NCBI RefSeq assembly: GCF_004010195.1
Contig: NC_057749.1
Coordinates: 25,703,044-25,767,043, forward strand
DNA length: 64,000 nt
Source of the DNA: Chiloscyllium plagiosum
Lineage: Eukaryota
Direction of reading: 5' to 3'
Of this stretch, positions 1 to 12,996 are shown piece by piece. The notes beneath the pieces are model-generated. The model saw nothing but the letters and a program-made list of their open reading frames with translations, was not told the DNA's origin and made no database searches. Position 1 is the first letter of the stretch, and each line of letters begins with the position of its first letter. Made by a program: the position numbers and the translations under genes.

Positions 1-158
1 TTTCTCCCCACCCCCACCCTCCTCTAGCTTATCTCTCCACCCTTCAGGCTCTCTGCCTGTATTCCTGATGAAGGGCTTTTGCCCGAAATGTCGATTTTAC
101 TGCTCCTTGGATGCTGGCTGAATTGCCGTGCTCTTCCAGCACCACTAATCCAGAATCT
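1..158 (+). mobile_element. Penelope-derived short element (family A) with hammerhead-like motif at 61-96
   Basis: attcCTGATGAagggcttttgcccGAAAtgtcgatt plus the family A tail; near-identical to 51821-51975. Confidence 0.75.
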
Positions 159-159
159 C

Positions 160-779
160 CTCCAATCTAGTTTACTGCATCAGGTGCTCCTGATGTGGTC
201 TTCTCTACATCGGGGAGACCAAATCTAAACTTAGGGAACGGCTCACTGAGCATCTCAGCCAGGCCCACAGGGGCTGACCAGACCGCCCAGTCACCATCCA
301 TTTTAATTCCCCTTCCCACTCCCTTTCCGACTTGACCATCCTTGGCCTCCTCCATTACCACAACGAGCCAACCCCACAAATTGGAGGAACAATACCTCAT
401 CTTCTGCTGGGGCAGTCTACTGCCCAGAGGACTCAATATTGAGTTTTCCAATTTCAAATAGCCTCCTTTCCCATTCCCCAAACCCATTCCAAGCCCCTCC
501 CCCTCCTTTCCACCCCTCCCAGCCACCAACCGGATTATTTCCTCCCATTGACCAACCAGGTCGTACCCTCTACCTGTCTTCATCCATTCCCACTTCACCA
601 CCCTGACCCCGCCACCCTCTTTACGTGTGGCTCTCCTTACAACTATCCCCAGTCCTGAAGAATGGTTACACTCGAAACGTCGACATCTCCACCTCCTGAT
701 GCTGCCTTGTTTGCTGTTTTCTTCCAGTATCTGCCTGACTACTTTGGGTTCCTGCATCTGCAGTTTTTTGTCTCTAAGC
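160..779 (+). mobile_element. Penelope-like retroelement 3' end: decayed GIY-YIG endonuclease, C/T-rich 3' UTR, family B hammerhead motif (651-685), tail
   Basis: Manual translation NLVYCIRCS*CGLLYIGETKSKLRERLTEH...HFNSPSHS...LEEQYLIF...GLNIEFSNFK*; in-frame stops and a frameshift. Confidence 0.85.
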
Positions 780-889
780 AGGCACAGAATGGCATGGCAA
801 AGCAGGGATAGCGTGAGTGTCCATGTAGACTCAAGGTGAACAAACATTAAAAGAGCAAGTGAGTAGCCCTGAGTAGCAGCTTAGTGTGC

Positions 890-2345
890 ACCATGACCTG
901 GGAGCCCATTCCAATCAGTGGGTTGGAGCCTGTCCACATCTGTGAGTTAGAGCCTTTGCCAATCTATGAGCTGGAGTATATTCAATCCACGAGCTGCAGC
1001 GTATCCCAGTCCGTGAGCTGGGTACCTGTCCCAATTGGTGAACAGATCACTGTCCCAATCCAAGACCTGGCCTACCTGTCCCAAACTGTGAGCTGGGTCC
1101 CTGTCCCAGTTGGTGAGCAAGGTCCCTATCCCAGTTGGTGAGCTGTGTCCCTCTCCCAGTTGGTGAGTTGGATTCCTGTCCCAGTTGGTGAGCTGGTTTC
1201 CTGTCCCAGTTGTTGAGCTGGGTCCTTCACTCAGTTGGTGAGCTGGGTCCCTGTCCCAGTTGGTGAGCTGGGTCCCTGTCCCAGTTGGTGAGCTAGGTCC
1301 CTATCCCAGTTGGTGAGCTGGGCCCCTATCCCAGTTGGTGAGCTGGGTCCCTGTCCCAATTGGTGAGCTGGGTCCCTATCCCAGTTCGTGAGCTGGGTCC
1401 TTATCCCAGTTGGTGAGCTGGGTCCCTGTCTCAGCTGGTGAGCTGGGTCCCTATCCCAGTTGGTGAGCTGGGTCCCTCTCCCTATTGGTGCACTTGGTAC
1501 TTGTCCCAGTTGGTGAGCTGGGTTCCTGTCCCAGTTGGTAAGCTGCGTCCCTGTCCCAGTTGTTGAGCTGGGTCCCTCACTCATTTGGTGAGCTGGGTCC
1601 CTATCCCAGTTGGTGAGCTGGGTCCCTCACTCATTTGGTGAGCTGGGTCCCTATCCCAGTTGGTGAGCTGGGTCCCTGTTCCAGTTGGTGAGCTGGGTAC
1701 CTGCCCCAGTTGTTGACCTGGGTCCCTCACTCAGTTGGTGAGTTGGGTCCCTCTCCCAGTTGGTGATCTGGGTACCTGTCCTGTCCCAGTTGGTGAGCTG
1801 GGTCCCTCTCCCAATTGATGAGCTGAGTCCCTGTCCTGTCCCTGTTGGTGAGCTGGGTCCCTGTCCCAGTTGGTGAGCTGGGTTCCTCTCCCAATTCGTG
1901 AGCTGGGTTCCTGTCCCAATTGGTGAGCTGGGTCTCTGTCCCAGTTGGTGAGCTGGGTCCCTCTCCCAATTGATGAGCTGGGTCCCTGTCCTGTCCCTGT
2001 TGGTGAGCTGCGTCTCTGTCCCAGTTGGTGAGCAAGGTCCCTATCCCAGTTGGTGAGCTGTGTTCCTCTCCCAGTTGGTGAGTTGGATTCCTGTCCCAGT
2101 TGGTGAGCAGGTTTCCTGTCCCAGTTGTTGAGCTGGGTCCTTCACTCAGTTGGTGAGCTGGGTCCCTGTCCCAGTTGGTGAGATGGGTTCCTGTCCCAGT
2201 TGGTGAGCTGGGTCCCTGTCCCAGTTGGTGAGCTGGGTCCCTATCCCAGTTGGTGAGCTGGGTCCCTGTCCCAATTGGTGAGCTGGGTCCCTATCCCAGT
2301 TCGTGAGCTGGGTCCTTATCCCAGTTGGTGAGCTGGGTACCTGTC
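890..2345. repeat. 25-bp minisatellite (consensus GTCCCAGTTGGTGAGCTGGGTCCCT), about 50 units plus a degenerate left flank
   Basis: Tandem periodicity is directly visible; minus-strand ORFs repeat every 25 aa (3 units). Confidence 0.95.
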
Positions 2346-3224
2346 TCTCCATGCACAGTGTCCCTTGCAGCAGCTTTCCAGCACTAGGTGCCAGTACATC
2401 CTGCAATGTCAGGCTAATTGGCCTGAGAATGCATTGGAGAGGTGTCTTGATGGTTCTGAGGGGTTGGTAAATGTCACACTCTATCTTCACACGATTATTC
2501 CACAGATCCTCTATCACTTCTATTTCAATGCCATTCTCCGAGCTCTCACCAAATCCTTGCTACCCTGACAGTTTCTCACTTCATGAAATCGATCTATTTC
2601 TTCATATCTTAAATGTATTCAGTGACTTGGCCTCTACAGTCTTCTGGAGGAGAGAATCCTACAGATTTACTACCCTCCAAGGGAAGAAATTTCTCCTCAC
2701 TTCATTCGTGGGATGTGGGTGGGGCTGGCTGGGCCAGTTTTATTGCCCATCCTTAGTTGCCCCTTGAGGAGATGGTGGTGAGCTGCCTGTTTGAACCACC
2801 GTCGTCCACCTGCTGTCAGTTGATCTACAATGCCGTTAGGGACCGAATTCCATATTCAGAGATTGTGATCTTTTCTTCCGGAGTGCCCCTCTACCCAGGA
2901 GCAGCATCAACCCTGCACCAACTGTTGTATCAATTGTACACGTCTTCTGTGATCTGCTCAATTACTGACTGGCGTTCTGCTCTTGAATTGTCTTCCTGTG
3001 GATGATTGCCAGAGCTGATAAATTTAAAGTATTCTCCATCATCCTCATGGTCAGACGTTGTGCTTTCTGTTTCAGTGATACATTGAGATGATACAGCAGC
3101 TGCCGTTTGTGTATCGGTTTTATTAGATGCCGTTAAATGTCTGCTCTCATTCTGACAGCAGCTTGTCTCAGTTTATTTTCATTTTCTAAGTGATTAGGCA
3201 TAGGCTAGGTTTAGCCATAGCGGT

Positions 3225-4425
3225 GGTGGTGGCCCAGTGGAAATGTCATTGTACCAGGAATGGGACAAGGCTAATGATATGATTCATTATCCCACTATCA
3301 GAAATGGTGAAGTTTGAATTCAATAAAAGTCTGGAATTAAATCACTGGCCTAATAGTGATCTTAAAGCTAATATCATTTGTCGCAAAAGTATGTATGCTT
3401 TACTAATGTCCTTTAGGGAAGGAAATCTGCCATCCTTACCTGGTCCGGCCTACGTGTGACTCCAGCCCCACAGTAATGTGGTTGACTAGCTGCAAGGTTG
3501 TTCGAGGCAGAAACCCTGATAACATTTAGGAAGCATTTAGGGGCATGGATCACAGGTAGACAGGTTGATTAAGAAGGTATTTGGCACGCTTGCCTTCATT
3601 GCTTAGAATGTTGAGATTAGGAGTTGGGATGTCATGTTGAAGTTATACAGGACATTGCTGAGGCATTTTCTGGAATACTGTGTGTGGTTCTGGTTGTTCT
3701 GTAACGGGAAGGATATTATTAAACCGGAGAGGGTTAAGAAAAGATTTACCAGAAAGTTGTTGTGAATGAAAGGTTTCTGATATAAAAACGGACTGGAGAG
3801 ACTGGGACGTCTTTCACTGGAGCATAGGAGGTTGAGGGGAGACCTATGGAGATTTATAAAATTGTGAGGGGTTTGATCAGGTGAATGACAAGTGTCTTTT
3901 CCCTAGGGTTGGGGAATTCAAAACTAGGGGACATGTTTTTAAGGTGAGAGGAGAAAAATATAAAAAGGACATGAGGCAACTTCTATTATACTCAGAGTGG
4001 TTTGTGTGTGCAATGAACTGCCAGAGAAAGTGGTGGATACAGGTACAGTTACAATGTTTAAAAGCCATTTGTGTATGTTAATGAATAAGAAAGATTTGGA
4101 GGGATATGAGCCAAATGCAGTCAGGTGGGACGAGTTTAGTTTAGAAATATGGTCAGCATGAAGAGTTGGACCAAAAGATCTGTTTCCATGCTGTATGACC
4201 CTATGACTCTATGTGCACTTGCAATCCAAGTTATACAAGGCTATAGGCCATGTGCTGGAAAGTGGGATTAGAATAATCAGATTATTGTTTTTGACCAGTA
4301 AGGACACGATAGGGTTGAGAACCTTTTTTTTCTAATCTGTACACCTCTATGACTACTTGTTGACCAATTAGGGATGGGTAGCATATTCTGGCACTAGCCA
4401 ATGATGCCCACATTCCATGAACAAA
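3225..4425 (+). mobile_element. tRNA-head SINE (family B, tail GGGCAATAAATGCTGGCC..CCACATCCC) split by CR1 fragments
   Basis: Body gggaaggaaatctgccatccttacctgg at 3416-3443 and tail at about 4365-4425 match the copy at 57470-57850. Confidence 0.6.
3545..4212 (+). mobile_element. CR1/HER1 LINE 3' fragment
   Basis: ORF2 C-terminal motifs (FPRVGEFKTRGH.FKVRG) and (CTATGACT)n tail. Confidence 0.9.
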
Positions 4426-4714
4426 TATAAACCAAAACACAATAAGCAGTTAAGAATCACACATAATCAAATGCCAAACATTTGTATAATTAAACATTGC
4501 ACTTATCTTACAGGTTTCAAATGGGCTTGATTTAGTTTCTACTAATACCTAAGAATCATTGAACCTTCCATTCCTTTCCAATGTGCTACTGTGGCTAAAT
4601 TACTAATAGTGAATTTCCACTTTCCTAAGAGGAGACATGAAAATGGAGAATCAGGCAATAGGACCTCTCCTCTCTCCTGCTCCCAATTTGAATATTAATA
4701 GCCATTACCAATAA

Positions 4715-5080
4715 TGACCTCATAGAAGTTTATAAAATCACGAAGGGCATGGATAGGGTAAATAGTAAAGTTCTTTTCCCCAGCGTAGGGGAGTCCAAAA
4801 CTAGATGGCATAGGTTTAAGGTGAGATGGGGAAGATTTAAATGGGACCTAAGGGGTAACCTTTTAACACAGTGTGTATGGAATGAGGTGCCAAAGGAAGT
4901 GGTGGAGGTAGGTACAATTACATTTAAAAGGCATGGATGGGTGTATGAATTGGAAGGGTTTAGAGGGATATGGACTAAATGCTAGCGAATGGGACGAGAT
5001 TAAGTCAGGATATCTGGTTGGCATGACCGCATTGGACCGAAGGGTCTACTTCTATGCTCTCCAGATCTATGACTCTATGA
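4715..5080 (+). mobile_element. CR1/HER1 LINE 3' fragment
   Basis: MDRVNSK..FPSVGESKTRWHRFKVR; tail ctatgactctatga. Confidence 0.9.
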
Positions 5081-6675
5081 TTCACATACTCATTTTCCAT
5101 TCTTCCTGTCCAATCTGATGTCAGGATCAATTGGTTGATACCGTTTAAGTAATCGTCAGGAATTAACAGCAACTGAAATCAGATTACAATTCCCAAATCT
5201 GCCCCCAATGCCCCAAACCCTGATCTTTGCCTGCCCCCAGCAACTCCCTTTGTCATGAAATTCTCCTCTCAGTTTATCCTGGACAGTACAGTATTTGAGC
5301 TTGGAGCCATTTCATGGTAAACTTGGATGGGGGGGGAGGGGTGGGGGGGGTGGGGGGGTTCGTTTCTGAGAAAATATTTTTGGCAACAAATGGCAAAGCA
5401 TCAATTTTCCATATCACAATTTTACAACTGAAATAACATTTTTGAGGCAAAACATTTACCTAGGAGAGCTTCTTGAAGAAAAATGCCGGTCTTGAATGTC
5501 CCTGCCATTATTTGGCATCATTGATTCTTAGGATCTTCAACTCACATTGAAGGCTGAGGAAGTCTGGACATTTTGGAATTGAAAAGCAAAGTCCAAACAT
5601 TGGTGAAGGGATATGGCAGAAGCCTTAACGTTGGGGAGTCATTTTGACCCAATATTATAGAAAGATAGAGACAGCGGGTGTCCAAAATGAAATGGTTGAC
5701 GTCAAAACATACAAATCCATCCAAGATTTTTTAGCTTCAGAGACCAAGTCAGATTTAGCCATAATGCTGTTTGCTTTGAGAATGTTACAGGCATTAATTT
5801 TGAATGCTGAACAATTTGGATAGAAATTTGGCATTATTCCTCAGAACAGAGACGACATTTGGTCATACCAAAAACCCATATGTTAAGGCTTTTCACTCAG
5901 TTACCTTATATCTCTTTGCTGTCCAGGAAACTTTACTGCTCTTAACGTGCTACAATATCACAAATAATTGCAGATTAATAATCAACAAATTTAACCATGT
6001 CATCAAATCCTAAAGTGGGGCGTAAACCTGAAACTCCTGACCCAGTGGTAGGGACACTGCTAACTCCACAATGGACAACAAACCCTATAGAAACTTCAGA
6101 GCTCATTTTAACCCACTGCTGAGATGGTGTGTATACTGTGTCAACATCAACAGGGAATGACAACTTGCTTGCTTAGACTTGATTCCTCCAGTCCTGTGTG
6201 AATCAATGGATTGCAAAGCTCAACCATTAGCACTGGTCCTTTGCAATCACTTTTGCTTTGTATTTATCCATTCATAATATATGGGTCACTGGCTAGACCA
6301 GCATTTATTGTCCATCCCCAGTTTCCAAGAGATTGGTTGCGAGTCAACCACACTGTTATGAGTCTGGACTCACATGTAGATCAGACCAGGTAAGGATGGT
6401 AGATTTCCTCCCCTAATGGACGTTAATGAAGCAGATGGGTTTTGCAATCGTCATTGTTAGACTTTTAATTTCAGATTTTTACTGAGTTCAAATTTCACCA
6501 TCTGCTATGTTGGGGATCGAACCATATCCCCAGACTATTAGTCTGGGCTTCCAGATTACTAGTCTGGTGACATTATCAGTATGCCACTTCCTCCCTTGAA
6601 TGCAAGTGGTGCCCTGATGTTGATGGTCCTCTGATGATCCATTACCAAGGTTTCCTTGACTGGTCATGCCTGGTG

Positions 6676-6793
6676 GGAGAAAGTGAAGACTGCAGATGCT
6701 GGAGATCATAGTTGAGAATGTGGCGCTGATAAAGCACACCAGGTCAGGCAGCATCTGAAGAGCAGGACAATCGACGTTTCAGGCATAAGCCCA
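6676..6793 (-). mobile_element. Family A Penelope-derived short insertion, truncated within the hammerhead
   Basis: ggagaaagtgaagactgcagatgctggagatc...tcgacgtttcaggcataagccc. Confidence 0.75.
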
Positions 6794-8244
6794 CCTCGTG
6801 TCCATTCAACTGCCACTGACATATGTCCAGAAATGGCAGTGGGCCAGTAAAACCAATGTTCAGACCAATCCCAAGGATAAGATACTCAATGAGTTGGCTT
6901 CAAATTGTCTTACTTGTTGGTCAAAAACAGATTAAAATCATTCTGTTTCCTCTGTGTACCAACATTGCAATTGGAATTTGACTTTTTTTTTCTGATTGAT
7001 ATTTCTAGCATAGTTATAGCTGCATTGAATAAAGGTTTTCGAGATCTCAGGTCTCAACTACAGGGCACAGAACCCTTAGTAGACAGATCTACAATTAGTG
7101 AGTTATTGTGCATCTAACGTTGAAAGAAGATTTGTTTTTTCCGGATGCAAGATCACAATGTCAAACTGTGCATCTTTAAAATGGGGTGTCATTGCATAGT
7201 AGTTATAATACTGGCCTAGTTATCGAATAGACCTGATCAAAGGATCTAAAGATATGAGTTCAAAGAGCAGCCGGAAAACCTACGTTTTATTGAACAAGAC
7301 ATGGATTAAAAAGTTGTGTCAATAATTATCAGACTGTCATAAAATCCATCTGGTTCACTAATTAGGGAAGGAAATTTTTCTATCCTTCCCTTATCTGATG
7401 TATAAAGGATTCCACAGCTAAGGCAATGTGTTTGGCTGCTAAGTGCCACCAGAAGAGCCCCAGCAAGTCACTCAATTGTGTTTACTAAAGATGACTCACC
7501 ATCAGCCTTACAAAGACAATTTCTGGATGGCTGTAACTGCTGACTTTACTGGCAACACCCACAATCAGTAGTTTCCTTCTATTCATTCATGGGATGTTGG
7601 TGTTACTGACAAGGCAAGCATTTAGTGTGCACCCTAATTGTCTATTAGAAGGTGGTAGTGAGCTGTCCTTCAAAGTTGCTACAGTCTATGTGTGATGCAA
7701 GTAGCCCGCAGTGCTGTTCGGAGGTGGTGGAGAGTTGTAGAATTTTGACCCAGCGACTGTGATAGAAATTTGAAGTCAGGATGGTGTGTGACTTGGAGGG
7801 AAACTTGTAGCTGATGGTATTTCAAAATATTCTTGCGCCCCCAGGTGCTCGTGTTATTGGGTTTGGAAGTAGCTATCAAAGGAGTCTTGGTGAGTTACTC
7901 TAGTGCAGGTGGTACATCTATACATGGGCAGTGGACAAATTGAATGTTTAACATGATGGATGGGGCGCCAATCACGTACGCTACATATGAACTTACAAAT
8001 TAGCAATCAGTCAATAACCTCATACATATTGTGATTATTTCGCATTCCAACCCCTCTCCAATTATCTTTCACCTTCTTGTTAATCAAGAATCTGTCTAAC
8101 TCTGCCTTAATAATATTCAAAACTCTGCTCCAACTGCCTTTTGAGGGATAGAACACCAATGAGTAATTCCAGATTCTAAGAGGAAACACCCTTTCCATGT
8201 GCACTCTGTCAAGTAACGTTCCAACTAAACTGTCTAACTGTCTA

Positions 8245-8565
8245 GGGGTGGCACAGTGGTTAGCACTGCTGCCTCACAGCACCAGGGATCTGGGTTTGAT
8301 TCCACCCTCGGGCAACTATCTGTGTGGAGTTTGCACATTCTCCCCGTGTCTGTGAGGGTTTCCTTCCACAGCCCAAACATATGCAGTTTAGGTGAAATGC
8401 CATGCTAAATTGCCCCATAGTGTTGAGGGATGTGTAAGTTAGGAGCATTAGTCAGGAATAAATGTAGAGAAATAGGGTTGGGGAATGGGTCTGCATGGGA
8501 TACTCTTCGGAAGGTCAGTGTGGACTTGTTGGGCCAATTGACCTGTTTCCACACTGTAGGGATTC
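8245..8565 (+). mobile_element. HE1-like tRNA-derived SINE
   Basis: A box cagtggttagc, B-box-like gggtttgattcc, central tgtgtggagtttgcacattctcccc domain, LINE-like tail. Confidence 0.9.
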
Positions 8566-8569
8566 AGCC

Positions 8570-11500
8570 ACGCCAAGGTTCCAATTATGGGTGTGACGGA
8601 TTTTTGTCTCTTGTGCCCTGAGCATCTCAGAAGAAATTCATTCTCCTCTTCAGGCATGAAAGGCATTGAGATGGCGAGATCAGCCATGTCCATCTAGGAT
8701 CTTGAAGTCTCTTCAATGCTTGACAGACAGACAGAACAGCTTGCTGACTGTTCCGAGGAGCCAGGCGCATCTTGCTCCCATGCCGTTTGCGTGTTTGCAG
8801 CTTTCATATTGATCCGTCTGCTTGTTCAGGACCATCACACCAACCAGAACTCTATACGTCACTGGACCTGACCTCACGTTGACCATGCCTCTTACCCATG
8901 CAGGGCCATTCCTGTGGTTCTTATCCCAAACTTCATCCCCTGAAGTAAATTGTGTCTCTCGCTTGAGTCCAGTGTTGGCATTCCTGGTGCTGTTTCACCC
9001 TCCCTTCCCAGGTCGGAGAAGATCAGATTTAACCAGGCGCTGACTCTTCTTATGAGCAACTCTGCTGGAACTATCCCTGTAGTTGCATGAGTGGTGGCCC
9101 TACAACCAAATAGGAACTGGAACAATCTGGTATCTCGTGAAGCTGTAGGCTGTTTCTTTAAGCCTGCCTTCAAAGTTTGGACTGCTTTTTCTGCTAGACA
9201 GTATTTGTTGAATACCATTTGACTTTAGGAAATACTCAAAATTCTTGCTGGTAATTGATGGCCCAATATCTGTGACTAACACTTCCAGGAGTCCGTGTAT
9301 TACAAAAGATGCTATAGCTTTTCTAGTATCATCCCCTTGTTTGATGAATTACCTCAATACATGTCCAGCCAGTTTGAGAGGGCATCCACAATGACTAATA
9401 ACATTGAGCACATGACACGACTTGCATAAACGATGTGCAACTGAGTCCAGGGTTCACCTGGCCATTACAATCAAAAGATGTCAATTCTGGTTGCGATAGT
9501 CCTTTGCTTTCCCATCTCCACCAGCTGTTTCAGTTTTGTCAGGACTGGATCTTTCTGTGTTCCAAGTCTGATATTGTTAACTGTGCCCGTAAGTGTGTCC
9601 AGAAAATTTAAAATCACTATGCATTCTTCCCCTGGCAGACCCACCAGTGGTGCATATGCCAGTGGGAGGCGCTACTTGGCCTCCCGAACTGTGTTCCAAC
9701 TTGTAATTGTATGCGCTTAGTACTGGTTCCAAGTCTGATATTGTTAACTGTGCCCGTAAGTGTGTCCAGAAAATTTAAAATCACTATGCATTCTTCCTCT
9801 GGCAGACCCACCAGTGGTGCATATGCCAGAGGCGACTCAATGCATCTGCATTCGCTACTTGGCCTCCCGAACTGTGTTCCAACTTGTAATTGTATGCGCT
9901 TAGTACTGGAGCCCACCGCTGAGTTCGGCCTGAAGCTCAAGGGTTTGTGGTCTGTCATTATTGCAAATTGGCATCCGTAAAGATATTGGTAGGACTTCCT
10001 GACTCCAAAAAATGACCACCAAACCTTCCTTCTCTATCTGTGTGTATGTAGGCTCTGCAGTAGCTCTGGACTCATACGCTGTTGGGCATTCTTCGGCATT
10101 GGGCCTAATGCTGCGTAGGAAGGCATCGCATGTCGATACCAGACCTCACTTGGGATCACAGATTGTCAACACCTTCGGGGATGATAGCTGTTTCTTCACT
10201 TTCCTGAAAGCTATGGCTTGAGTACAAGACCATTTTCAAGGCTGACCCTTTCTTAAGAGTTGATGCAAAGGTGCCAGGCTGGAGGCCAGGGTTATGTATG
10301 AACTTTCTGCAATAGTTCCCCGGCCCAAGGAAAGATCTGGGCTCCGGTAAAGATGTGAGAGCTGGGACAGCTTTGATAGCCCTCACTTTGTTTTCCAATG
10401 AGTGTAACCTGGTCTTGTTGATTGTATAGATCACGATGGTCACTTATGGTTTTTGGAAGACACATTTTTCCTTTTGAAGGTGTACATTCACTTCAATGAA
10501 ATATCTAAGGAATATATCTATAACAATGTACTCTTAGTGCTCCTTATTGGTCTTCTCTGTTATTAGCAAATCATCCAGATAAATGATCACCTGGGGTAGA
10601 CCTTATAAAATGTTTTCCACGTTCACTGAAAAATGGCACAGATTGCTGTTACCTCAAGTGGCAGTCTCGTATATTGCTACAAACTCTTATGGGTATTAAT
10701 TGTAGCATATTTCTGGGAATCCCTATCTAACTGCAATTGCAGGCACACATGGCTCATGTCCAGCTTTGTGAAGGACAGCACCCTCCGCCCCCAACTCTCC
10801 TCACCAGCTTTGCATATAAATCCTCTATGCAAGGATTTATCCAGCTGTGAAAAGCAGTATACTATTTGTTTAGAATCCCTACAAAGGCAAACTGACCCAT
10901 CAGGCTTCACAACTGGTATGGCTGGGTGCTGCCCATTTGACAAACTGGATTGGTTTGGTGACTCTTACCACTGTCGGGCTTCACAATCTGTACGGACTGA
11001 TGTTGCCTGTTTTCAAAAACACCGAGCCAATCTTTCTGAACCAATTTCACCCCCGGCCTATTACCGCAATTAGTGGTAACTGAGCCAGCTGCCTTCCATT
11101 AGAGACCAGAACCAAAGCTGTACCTTTAATCTGTAATGGTTCCCCGGTATAGCTTCTCAGTCTGGCTGAGGTCCTGCGCATACCTAAGGGTTGGAATCTA
11201 GAGTGAATTTTGTTGAAGACTGGTTCTATGAATCACTGAAACGGCCGTACCAGTATTGATCACCATTAGAACCTGGTGACCATTAAACCAGACGTTTATT
11301 TTGATTGGTTCTGATTTGTTTGTTGTGAAACAATGTAACAGTTTCAAACCAGATGTAGGTGGACTTTCTAGGCTGTGCGCTCTCCTGGATATCAGCTTAT
11401 GTGTTCTCTTACTCAGTTTAGGTCTAGTGGGACTCTTTTGCTGTCACGAGTCCGCATACCGTCAGCAAACACAATCGCTTGCCGGCCCGGATCCTGAAGA

Positions 11501-11770
11501 AAGTTTTAATCGTTCGGCCAAGGTTTCGCTTTGTTTTGGGGTTTTTCTGTGGGTCCGACTTAGAGTTCCTCTGTTCAGGATATGTCCCAAGTGAGGCTGT
11601 GCAATTGCCTTCACTGAAGTGGTGGTCCCCAAGCTCAATCAGACTGGCGAAGGTGACCACTTCCATTGGAATCCCCTACAGCTCATATGTTCTACTTGCT
11701 GCAGTTTCTAATGATTCAGCGAGTAGGTTCTTTTGCATGGTTACATCAGTAATCACACTCTCAACGCCAC
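8570..11770 (-). mobile_element. Decayed Ty3/Gypsy internal region (gag-protease-RT-RNase H-integrase)
   Basis: RT FTKLDMSH..QLQLD.DSQKYATINTHK and IYLDDL (about 10568-10585); RNase H TDHKPL; integrase VTDIGPSITSKNFEYFLKSNGI / LAEKAVQTLKAGLKK; many frameshifts. Confidence 0.9.
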
Positions 11771-12002
11771 TGTAGTGACTCCACAGAGACCAGTATATCG
11801 TCACCAAGTCATCTTTTCTTTACATGTAGAAAGTCTTTGACTCTGATCCAGCTCCCTCAGAGCCAGCTCTCAGAATGAACAGTCTGACACTCCTGTTTCT
11901 ATCTGTAAGCTTGGGCTACCTAATTGGACCAGATTAACAGCCCCAGTCAGGGAACTCATATTCTATGAGGTCCACCTGGCTGACCTTGTTACAATCACTA
12001 CA
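11771..12002 (-). mobile_element. 5' LTR of the Gypsy element
   Basis: Perfect inverted termini TGTAGTGA...TCACTACA; PBS-like TGGCG follows on the minus strand; homologous to the solo LTR at 45188-46608. Confidence 0.85.
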
Positions 12003-12206
12003 GATACCAATACTGTACACAACACTAAATATGTGGTCTCACCACTTCCTGTATAATGGAAGCATATTCTCTTTACTTTTGCGTTCAGTCTCCTCACAAG
12101 AAAATATGCTGTTCTATTAGATTTCCTAATTACAGCATCTATTGTGCCTCAATGTTGTGGTGATGGATCAGAACACCAAAGTACCATGGGCATCGTTAAC
12201 ATTTGT

Positions 12207-12517
12207 GGGCAGCACAGTGGTTAGCACTGCTGCCTCACAGTGCCAGAGACCCAAGTTCAATTCCCGCCTCAGGCGACTCTCTGTGCGGAGTTTGCACATT
12301 CTCCCCGTGTCTGCGTGAGTTTCCTCTGGATGCTCCGGTTTCCTCCCACAGTCCAAAAATGTGCAGGTTAGGGTGAATTGGCCATGTTAAATTGCCCATG
12401 TGTTAGGTGAAAGGGTAAATGTAGGGGAATGGGTGGGTTGCGCTTTGGTAGGTCAGTGTGGACTTGTTGGGCCAAAGGGCCTCTTTTCACATTGTAAATA
12501 ATCTAATTTAATTCTAA
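12207..12517 (+). mobile_element. HE1-like SINE
   Basis: Same head, central domain and (TCTAA)n-like tail as other copies. Confidence 0.9.
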
Positions 12518-12996
12518 CTTGTGCTTTTTAAACAAAGTCTGATATAATTAAAACAGCTAAATTCAGTTGCTGTCTGGCAAAATCATACATGGGACCCAAG
12601 GAATGTTACACCTGCAGAGTGTCAGGAAAACTGCGAGAAAATGTAATAGGAAGAGATAATGATGAGGCTGACTACCCCTCTCCACTCAGCAGAAAGCTCC
12701 TCTTGCAGGTTTTTGTTTTGTGTTTCACCCTTACAGGAATAAAGAAAAGGGGTCAAAAGTTGAATGCAACCCTGATCTGTGTCTGCTAGTGGTGTGACAT
12801 CCTCATGCATTATAAGAGTCACATCTCTGAGAATATTCATTTAAACACCCCTGGACTGCAAGTAAAAGAAGGACAGATTCTCTCTCACTCTAAGTGCTGC
12901 CAGTCAGCCACTTTCAAAAGAGCTTCAATCAAACTGCAAAGGCAAGAATCTCAAAATTGCTTTTCCAATTACAAACATCAACCCTTCCAGTAGCAT

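Noticed and set aside
167..847. 226-aa minus-strand ORF
   Set aside because: Antisense to a Penelope endonuclease remnant and its C-rich UTR
890..2345. CRISPR-like array of palindromic repeats
   Set aside because: Units are contiguous with no unique spacers, no cas genes are present, and the context is vertebrate; it is a minisatellite
884..2517. Repetitive ORFs (TQLTNWDRDPAHQLGQ...)
   Set aside because: A by-product of a stop-free 25-bp unit; no evidence of a gene
5328..5358. G-rich tract with G-quadruplex potential (also 36462-36486)
   Set aside because: Simple low-complexity runs, one inside a LINE; no support for function
5629..5823. 64-codon open frame in unique sequence
   Set aside because: No recognisable homology or splice signals; within chance length
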